From positions 124,001 to 188,000 of the forward strand of contig NW_021836291.1 in the NCBI RefSeq assembly GCF_006345805.1: 64,000 nt of DNA, given 5' to 3'. Origin of the DNA: Octopus sinensis (taxonomy: Eukaryota). Positions 54,758 through 64,000 of this stretch are shown in pieces (positions within the stretch are counted from its first letter, which is position 1; each line of letters begins with the position of its first letter). Below the pieces are notes generated by a model. It was given only the letters and a program-made list of their open reading frames with translations, did no database searches and was not told the origin of the DNA. The translations under genes and the position numbers were made by a program.

Positions 54758-55290
54758 TTAATTTTCAAAAATTAATTTCTGACAGAATTTGACTTCGGTT
54801 ATTATAGAGTCCAATTTAGCAATATCAAGTTTAATATCCCTTTCGATAGTCTCAATTGCCTTAATGTTGCTGTCAAGTTGATCATCCGTTTGATCTGGAG
54901 AAGGCATCTGCAAAAATCCGTCAATTTCGATCATTTCTGTTTTGTCACAGATTGCCGAGGACAGGGTAAAATCGTCGGTTCCCCGATATTTCCAAAACGA
55001 ATAAATTTTCCACAAAAACGACATAAATACAGAACACTGACAAAGCCGACTGAAAATTTCGCGTACTAAAAAATTAGAAATTAGAATAAACAGTACATAT
55101 ATTAAACTGTCGTATTTTTAATGTATATACACACATATATACACATATAATCAATAAAAACTGGTGCGCTTACGCAAGCTAACAGATTTTTGTAAAATAA
55201 TTCAAAAAACTTACAAAATCGAAATAACAATATTTCAAGTAACCACATCGAAAAGATTAGATTTCCAAATATTTTATTGAGTAATCCCAT
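54758..55290 (-). CDS. Hypothetical protein (hydrophobic N-part, coiled C-part)
   Basis: Open frames and one intron-like GT..AG stretch; structure not resolved. Confidence 0.25.
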
Positions 55291-55726
55291 TGGAATATTA
55301 CAAATATTCGTTGCACGATTTTATATAGTCGAATTAGTCGAGATATTGTTCATTGAAATAAAACAATCAATTAACAATTCAATCATATTATCGAATATGT
55401 CTCAAATTTGGGTTAATTCATGAAAATTAATTTTAAATCTCTCCAGACAAATTTAAAAAAAATTTTCAAATTTCTTAAATGTCTGATTTATGACTATCCT
55501 GACTGGAAATTTTATAAATTATTTTAATTTTTGACGGATTTTAAATATTAGATTAAAAATGATGGCTTGGCCGAACAAGCAAACATTAATATATCGACTG
55601 ATATACTGAAATAAATTTTCCATTTAACTTTTAGTGTGAATTAAATAAATTCTATATAATTCATATCTATTTTATAAAATATCAATTTGTAATAAAATTA
55701 ATACGTATCACCATTAGGTTGTTTTA

Positions 55727-57435
55727 ATGTGCTTTTTTACCTTCGCACTATTCCTAATCTCGATACGGTCAGAAAACAACCAAAATGTATATTTCACTTC
55801 TAATTTCCAATTTAGCAAGTTTTTCCTCCTCCAAGATACCACTTTATCGAATCATTTGAAACATTCGACAGTGATAAATGGATTCCCTCAACGTCTTCAA
55901 AAACAGGATCTCCAGACATGAGATACACAGGCACATATTCCCTTAATATTCCCATCAGGTAAATTTTCCCTTCAAGAATCCGGACTGCTTATGGAGGTAA
56001 GAATCCCCTGATCTATTCTAGACTCCTTTAAGTCACCACGGATTGTCCTCTCGCCTGGAAACCCCTTTCGATTTCTCTACAACGGATGCCCTTTACTTTC
56101 AATTTGAATCTCACTGTCAAGTCAAACCAGACTGTGGTGGGTCATATATCAAACTTATATCCTCAAATGATCCTCTTGTACTTTTATAAAGTCATTTCTA
56201 GGACCAAATGGACGATTCGACCTCATTTTCCATAATGTTTGGGCCTGATACGTGTGGAGGAGTCTCCAAGGTGTCGGCTCTAGTTTTACTGTAGTTACAC
56301 TTTATAATCAATTTCCCAAACCCTATTTCTGGAGAAATGGAGGAGAAAGTATGTAAGGAAATCAGTTCATTCACCATCGATGAGCGGAGACATCTTTATA
56401 GACTAGAACTTCTCTCCAGTGGGGCTTTTAGCATCTCCGTTGATAACAAGGTTGTTTATAATGGCAGTCTTCTTACTGACATGAGGTAGTGGTCTCCTTT
56501 ATTTGAAGGCCTTCCATCAACCCGGATGAATTTATTCCCGACCCGACAGCAAGGAAACCACATGATTGGGATGAGAGAGAAGAGTTGGTGGTTGAGGTGA
56601 TTTTGTAGGGTGGTTGATGAGACTGTGGTGAAGCCTGATGATTGGTTTTGTGGGGTAAATGTATTCCAGGGATGAGGGAGGTGAGAGGATGATTCCTGAT
56701 ATGGATGCTGTCAAACCATCGGATTGGAACGATTCTGAGCCTTTGATGGTCCCTGACTATTCCGTGGATATACCTGAGGATTGGGACACTGATTTGGACG
56801 GTGACTGGGAGCCTCCGCTTATGGAAAACCCGAAATGTGTGCAGAAGAAATGCGGAGAGTGGAATAGACCATACAAGCCAAATCCCAACTACAAAGGACC
56901 TTGGAAACCTACATATAAAAAGAATCCGAATTACATGGTACTGGCATGTGACATTTCAGGGAGTGTGGGCCCCTCCAAATGTGAGTAATCCTGACTACTT
57001 TTATGAGGCATATCCATATCGCAAGTTATCCCCGATTGTATTGATGTGTTTGACATGTAGACTGCTGTGGCATTCGAGTTGTGGACTGTGGAGGCCAATG
57101 TTTTATTCGACAATATAATTCTTACAAGTGATTTGAATTCTCTGTTAAATTGGACTGCTCAGACTTTTGTTGTCCCATCGAAGCCTGTTTCGGTTGTTTT
57201 TGGTGTTAATTGGTAGGTTTATTTGCAGGCAGGGGTGAAGTATTTGTCTGATAAGTGGGCTCTCATTGGCTGTGTTCTCTGTGGATTGGTTGTCTTCTGG
57301 TTGTTTCTGAGGTGGATTCGTCCGTCCAGTACTCCAGTCGAGTCGAGTGAAGCAGAAGTGGTGGTGGAGGATGAAGTAGTCGAGCAGTCGGAGGTTGAAT
57401 CTGAGGAAGGATTACGTGAACGGAACACGAATTAA
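55727..57435 (+). CDS. CANX: Calnexin
   Basis: Signal peptide, DCGGSYIKL, IMFGPDTCG, P-domain repeats KP.DWD / GEW.RP..NP.YKGPW, FELWT, TM segment and acidic tail. Confidence 0.93.
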
Positions 57436-57829
57436 TTGGTCTTATTCTTGTCTGTCATTCCGGTCTATTGGGTTTTTATTTGTTCTTGATTGGCTTGCAC
57501 TTGACTGACTTTTTAAACAGGTGAGACTAGGAGAGATAGGAATGTGATTGTCTGATTTATGTAAGAAAATTGTGAATAAGCATTTATAATTCATTGACTT
57601 TTAAAAAGAGTTCTTGTTCTTGTAAGCTTTGCTGAGTCCTCTCCAGTTTAAAGATCCAAGAGAAAAAGGAGAGACCGGTAAAGAACACGAATAAGACATA
57701 AGTGCGATCATACTTGGTCGTAAAAAAGTTCTTAGTTCGGTTCTTATGAAATTATTCGAAAAATAAGAACTAGATTATACTAATTTAGTTTACAACTCTG
57801 TAGTACAAGTAAAGAGTTGACTTTATTAT

Positions 57830-59620
57830 TATTATTTGCAACATACGTAGAATCATATTAGTTATAATTTTACTCGTGCAGCATTAGAAACAATCCTTTG
57901 AACCAGCCTCCTCCAACCTCCTCTGTCGTGAGCGAGTTTCCTCAGCTCGTCCAGATCCTCACCACTCCTTAGCCTTTTCTTCACACATTTCAGGTCTCCG
58001 TCAAGTGTTTCCGGCAGCGTAACACGTGGACGTCCACGGAAGCTCGATCCCTCTTTCAGGAAGTAGCCCTCCATTGCTATGTTAGCTGGGGCAAGCATGT
58101 CCATTCGTAGAATATGGCCAAATAACCTCCACCGCATATTGACGATTTCCACACTCAGAGGGCCAGTTCTGCATCTATTGTATAGCGATTCCTGGTTGAT
58201 TCTTATAGGCCAGTTCAATCCCAGTAGGGATCTAAGTTGCCTGCGGTGAAAAGAATCGAGTCCACGTTGTTCAGTACTAGACATTCCCCAGGTCGCCGAA
58301 TTATATGTCAGGATTGGTTTGACAAAGGCTTCATACATCCTCAGACGAAGTGACGTACAGAGTCGTCGTTTGCCGATCCACTCTTTCTTTATCTTGTTCA
58401 TCGTGGCCCAAGCGAGAGCCTTTCTTCTGACAATATCATGGCGTCCCCAAGTAGAGAACCGAGTTTGTTCGTTTTGCGCCAGGCTTCACTTGAGCTGCTC
58501 TCCATCCTCATGATTTCAACGATGCCGGTTTTTCCAACGTTCATTTTAAGGAACCATCTGTTCAGCTCAGCAGGTGCCACTTCAAGGAGTCGAAGTAAGG
58601 CCGATTTGTCGTCTGACACGAAGTCGACGTCATCTGCATATACAATTTCGACGATATTGCCAGCATAGAATTTTCGAAGGTCTCGTAGTGCCGTCTCCAG
58701 ATAGATCACGAATAGCAACGGCGAGAGGGCGTCTCCCTGAGGGATACCGACGTTGCACGTGAATTCACGGGAAAACGCCGTGCCGACCCGCACCTTGAGC
58801 TTTGTGTTCGATAGTAGTACTCTTATCATATTGACAGAGTCAGGGTCCAGGAATTGTTCCAGTATTTTGAGGAGTAGACCACGGCGTACCGTGTCAAAGG
58901 CCCTAGACAGGTCTATTCCCAGGACTGTTGTTGCACTTTTGTATCTCTGGGTGATAGCGCAGTACCACTTGTGGGCCCAGACAGCATCGGCGGTGGATCT
59001 TCCTGTCCTAAATCCACTATGACTCGGGGATAGATAGTTGTGTCCACTTGTTCTCTTATTCGGTTCAGTGTAACAATCCCAAAAGTTCCGTAAGGTGTTA
59101 GCAAGATTATAGGGCGTAGATTTTCGACAGGCCCAGCCTGCTTGTTAGGCTTTTGGATCGGTATTAATAATCCGGAATCAAGACCGAGGAATTCCTTTTT
59201 CATAAACATACCATTGAGTAGCTCCGCCAGTTTGTCTGTTAGTTCAGGCGGTCCGTATTTAAACAGTCTGAATTTATTCCATCCGGTCCAGAGGAGCGGC
59301 CATTTTTAAGTTTGGCTATTGCAGTTGATACTTCACCGGTGGTAATAGGTAGGCTGAGATGAGTGGTGTATCCGCTGGTGTAATCGGATATTTCTCCGTG
59401 AGCGGTTAATATACTCTCGAAATACGAGGCTATATATTCAGCCTGCTCTTTGGGATTTGTGATGAATCTTCCATTGCTGTCATGGATTTTGAGTTTGTTA
59501 GTTTGTTTTTTCCTGTTGAGTAGGCGGATTGCCGTGAACATTTTTGAAGAGTCCTTTAGCTGTTCAATTCCTGCAGCTATTAAGTCGAGTTTGTTAGTGA
59601 AGTTTGTCTTGTTCAACAAA
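57830..59620 (-). mobile_element. RTE-type LINE, 5'-truncated and frameshifted
   Basis: LKNGRSSGPDGI, NLRPIILL, GIPQGDALSPLLF, YADD, RWRLFGHILR, RGRPR; short (TAA)n-like tail. Confidence 0.9.
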
Positions 59621-60098
59621 GAGTTGACTTTGCATAAAAAATGTTAGTTTTTATAGTTACATTAAGTTTTTTACAATGCAATTTCAGCTAGCTTTTACTT
59701 AGTTTATCCAAAAATGATAACACAGCCTTTTGGGTCAGCATATCTCTCTGCTGCCAATCAGATTGCATTTAACTGAACAAATAATTAAACTTGGAATGAA
59801 AAATACATTTCACGTGTTGTGGTTAAGCAATATAAATAAGCCACGACTCATAAAGGAATTTAACAATTGCACTAACAAATTTAAAAGTTCAAATATTTAT
59901 TCCATGACGTGCACTATAAGATCCCCAAGGGAAACAATCAGTAGAACTTTATTAATATTTATAACACATATTTAAAAGAATTTATCACCTAATTGTTAAA
60001 AAATATTATAAACTATAAAATAAATATTTAAAATTTATAAATAATAATTTGTTATTTAGTAAGAATAATCAAAAATAAATATATAGTGAGTGTTGTCA

Positions 60099-61100
60099 AT
60101 GTCGAGGGGTAGCCGTGCCAAAGAATACTACTGCGAGGGAAACTATCACCTTCAAAAAATACTTTCTTCAGTGGCTAAACTAGAAAGTCAAGCACCTGAA
60201 TCCGATCTGGGTACGGATATTGAGAACAGTGTAAAACAGTCCAAAAAATATTTCAAAAAACTGTTTTCTCTTATCAATGAAACTAACAACGTGGATGGCT
60301 GTGTATCAGAAATGGTTGGTTCTCTATTTGTATATTTTTTTATTTGTGCCTTAAAACTGAGTTTAGGTTAACTCCCTCGACTCAGTTTTGACCGAATTGA
60401 GTTCCAAAAGTATATTTTTCTTCATTTATAACCAGCCTATCAATTTTCCCAACATCTCGACAATTCCCGTGCTGAATTGATGGACCTGTCCATTGATCGT
60501 TCTTCCAAATCGTGTGAGACACTCTCAGATAAAGGCAGTGAGATGGCCTCCATCTTAACAAAGAGGGACAGTCCTTCGGTCGAAGTATCGGAAACTGTTT
60601 CCGCATGTCAATCGTCGACTAATACTCTCACAAAAAAGAATAAAAAGTTTAAAAGTCAGTCTAATGATAGGAAGTGGTGGGGAGTTCGAATAAAGGAGGA
60701 ATCTCCCACCCCAGTTTGTTCAAACGGCAGATCACGGAGGACTAGTTCTTTCGCGGAAAGTAGAGAATATTCCGTGGAGGTGAATAATGAAGAATTGGCA
60801 AATAGCAGTCCGACTTGTCCTCAATGCAAACAGCTGTATGTTCTGAGTGTAGGACTGATAGATACGACAATTCTAAAAGGAGGCCTCGTTTGCTTCCCTG
60901 TAGACACAACATATGTGAGTCCTGTGTTTTCAAACAATTAAACGTAACATTTTGGACAGTTTCGTGTAAAATCTGCGTCAAATCTCCGCCTGTTGAACTT
61001 CCCTTGTCCAATAGACTTAAAGTTGATTAAATGAGTTAATTTGTAGTCAATTCCGATCAACAGTTCGCTGATAGCTCTGGCACAGCAGAAATCCTCCTAG
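60099..61100 (+). CDS. Orphan protein with C-terminal RING-HC finger
   Basis: Splicing a 26-nt intron gives CPQC..YD..RRPRLLPCRHNICESC..CKIC, followed by IP.N..LI. Confidence 0.7.
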
Positions 61101-61867
61101 TTTAGGTTGTTCTATTTACAATATTTTGCTAATAAATTCTTTTATTTCAGTTTTTTGATTTATAAATTTTGACCAGTTGTGGTTATTAAGGTGATTAGTT
61201 TAACGATTTTGAAAATGCACTTAAAAGTAAAATCTGGGCTTTATTTGTCCTTAAGAGTTAACTCAAAGTAATTAAAAACAGATGTGAATAATTTAGTAGG
61301 ATTTATTTTGCATATTGATTTTCTCCAACAGATTTAATTTAATATACAGTTTTACTCTAATCAATCATGTTGGATAACTTATTGGTATCACGGAGATCAA
61401 TATATTCATAATCGATCATTTCATGTAGTCGATAATTCTCACTGCTAACAATTTTATTCTCTAGTTTGAGAAATCATGTAAAAACTTGTAATCAATTTTA
61501 GAATACAATAAGGTAACAGCTAACTAACTGTGCAAGATAAACTTACCACAAATAATTTCAGAAAAATGTTAATTTCTCTTAAAAATGACAATCTCTTATC
61601 GCATTTTAACGTATTTTCCAAATCGTAATTTAGCCTGTCATATGTCCAAAAGGAAAAGCTTAACAGAATAAGATAAATATGATACACTTAGTGTACGAAA
61701 AGAGTAGTCCCAATAGAATACCCCAAATATGACATATTAGTTAACGACAATACAGTTCCCAAATCAACAAATGTACGCAAATAATAATAAAGATGACTTC
61801 AATTTTATTAAATAAGAACAAAACCAAATATAAAGTCTACAAATAAAGAAAAACCATCCAAATTCGA

Positions 61868-64000
61868 CTATTTATCGACAATCTGATCTTTCAATCTGTC
61901 AACAAGCGACATCAAAAGAAGAGACGCCTTTGATTCCTTTGACTTGAACACCAACACTCCATTAGTAACATAGGCCTACAAATCACACCACACTCCCACA
62001 TCAAGCATAAACGTGACAATCATATTTCCAATCACCCCTTCCACCACAGACAAACTCAACTCGTATTCCTCGGCCAAATATTGCATTGCAATGTTGGAAT
62101 ACACTCCACAGTACGTCAACAAGTACATCCTCAAACACTCACATTTCACCCTCTCCCTCAGAACGTCCTCAAATGACGGCCTGTCTGTCAATAGTGATAA
62201 AATCTGAACAATCACAACCCCACTATACCTTATCGGTGGCAGTGGACTGTGCCAGTGTGCCATAACACTTCCGCCAGTTCCCATCCTTCAGCAAATGAAC
62301 TGCCTCGATCACATGTTCCCACAAATCCTCAGGTGGTCCCCGAATTGGCGTTTTCTCTACCAAATTAAGTACATTCTCAAAATGACGAAAATTAGGATCA
62401 CGTCGTCTCTTTCCGCCTATAAACTAACACCTTACTCACCAACCATACAAACGGGAAGGCATGTGGACTAACAGGGCAGAGACAAGGTAGGAATACTCAA
62501 GAAGACGTACATTCACGTGCATATGGGAAGGCACACGGATCACAGCCCTCTCCGAACCCACTTCCTGTAGGTTGGAAATATCATGCCCAAGCAAATAAGT
62601 AATCTGAGGATGCCCTCCCAGTTCAGCCAATGCTTGATAGGACTCCTCAAACTTCCCAAGCCGAAATGAACATATTCCAAACTGAGCCAAACTCCGGTTG
62701 TACAAAACTTGAGTATTCGGGTCCATGTTTTTCTGACATGCCAACTCAGTCACCCGACCAAAGTAAAACAACTCGGATGCTTCATTCCACCGTGAATGAA
62801 GACTGTGGTGGTAGATTAGATACAACACGGCTCTCAACGAAAGAACTGAGGACGAATCCTCTTCTTTAAACACTTCACAACAATACTCCTTTATTGTAGC
62901 ACTCAAATCATTCTAAAATGCCACAAAACGTGGAATACGCTTATTTCTGGACTGACTAGCCAACTGTATTTGTAGTGCAATAACTCTAAGAGAAGAATAC
63001 AAATCTCTGCAGAATAAGCCCGACCTTTAATGTAGTTAAATGTCCTCTGACATATTTTAATCACTTCCAACTCTTCATTAAGTCTGGAATCACACAAGGA
63101 CACAACCTCTCTACAAATTCGGGGGTCAAATCATCCACAGCCAACAATCTCTTTCTGTACTCCGAACACAAATGATCGACCATTGCCATCATATTGCAGT
63201 TCACAACCAAAGGACCTTCAAACAAACTCTCAGACTCCTCGTAGGCCTTCAAATCAATCTCCGAATGACTCTCCACATAGTCAAACAACACATGGAAATA
63301 TTTTACAAAACTACCGACTATAAAAATAGACATACCGTGACCAAATATGCCCTTTGATGGGGACCGTGGAGTGGTCATTGCACAAATACACGGACAAATC
63401 CAAAATAGACACAATTATCTTCACTTCCAACCCAACAGAAAATGCACGTGATTGTACAACGTCCAATAATTGTTCCAAGTCTTCAAATGTGCGTTTATGG
63501 ACTGTCCTCTGCTTATATTTCACGGAAACTATTTCCGTGAGTTTACCGAGACACAGTGGTTCCGTGATTTCGTCCTCCGCGTTAAAAAGTTGGTGTTTGG
63601 ACTCCTTTTTGACCTCCTCAACAACTTTCTCACGTTCTTTCGAGGTCTCCTCAACTTCCAAGTCCTCGTCATAAAATAAATTGTCTTTATTCCTTCAAAA
63701 AAGAACAAAAAACTTGAATTGGGGTCAGTTTCCGGGATTTCACGGAATTTGTCAATTTGGTCGCGGAAGTCCGTGAATTGTGGCTTCATAATTCCTCGAA
63801 GGGCGGGAAGAACCTTCCGATTTTTTGTGGTAAGTTCAGTTTTTGAGGTCCATTGCTTCAAAATGACCAAAAACAACACCTTGTCAAGATATTCCTCAAA
63901 TCTGCTCAAAAAACGAATAAAATATCGCGGAATTCCATTTTTAAAATATTTTACCGCCTTAATATAACTATCGATCAGTTTTTTGGACTCTAATGAGTCA
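61868..64000 (-). CDS. EIF3C: Translation initiation factor eIF3 subunit C (5' end outside window)
   Basis: LELLHYK, QVLYNR..AQFG..SFR.G, PSHMHVN.RLLE..YLVSALL, GPPE, PCI domain LRMYLLTY..VY. Confidence 0.9.

Noticed and set aside
3056-64000. Stop-codon reassignment to explain the broken ORFs
   Set aside because: Internal stops fall inside GT-AG introns, and TAA, TAG and TGA all end genes at the expected positions

Overview
AT-rich eukaryotic (animal-like) nuclear DNA. About 17 recognisable genes plus 2-3 orphans sit in tight islands, separated by decayed transposable elements (hAT, Tigger/pogo, Tc1, Merlin-like, RTE-type LINEs, RLE-type retroelement 3' tails). Nearly all genes are broken by tiny GT-AG introns, mostly 22-33 nt, so the ORF track fragments them. 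Manual splicing recovers RPL37, AK3, PDCD2L, ThrRS, two CPOX copies, EB1, SFT2, VPS53, NPL4, THOC1, a 5'-less RPL8, cactin, RPUSD2, CFAP126/Flattop, calnexin, a RING protein, eIF3c (partial) and a secreted Cys-rich repeat protein. Intron size plus a ciliary gene suggest a dicyemid-like parasite; this is inference, not verified. The most unusual signals are: (1) an A/C-rich to G/T-rich strand polarity repeated across each gene; (2) a WCGT motif just upstream of most start codons; (3) a secreted protein of ~9 resistin/PCSK9-CRD-like modules; (4) an N-terminally truncated RPL8; (5) a ThrRS whose editing residues are replaced. Several 1-nt frameshifts in essential genes are probably assembly errors. 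All identifications come from motif recognition by eye, with no database search.
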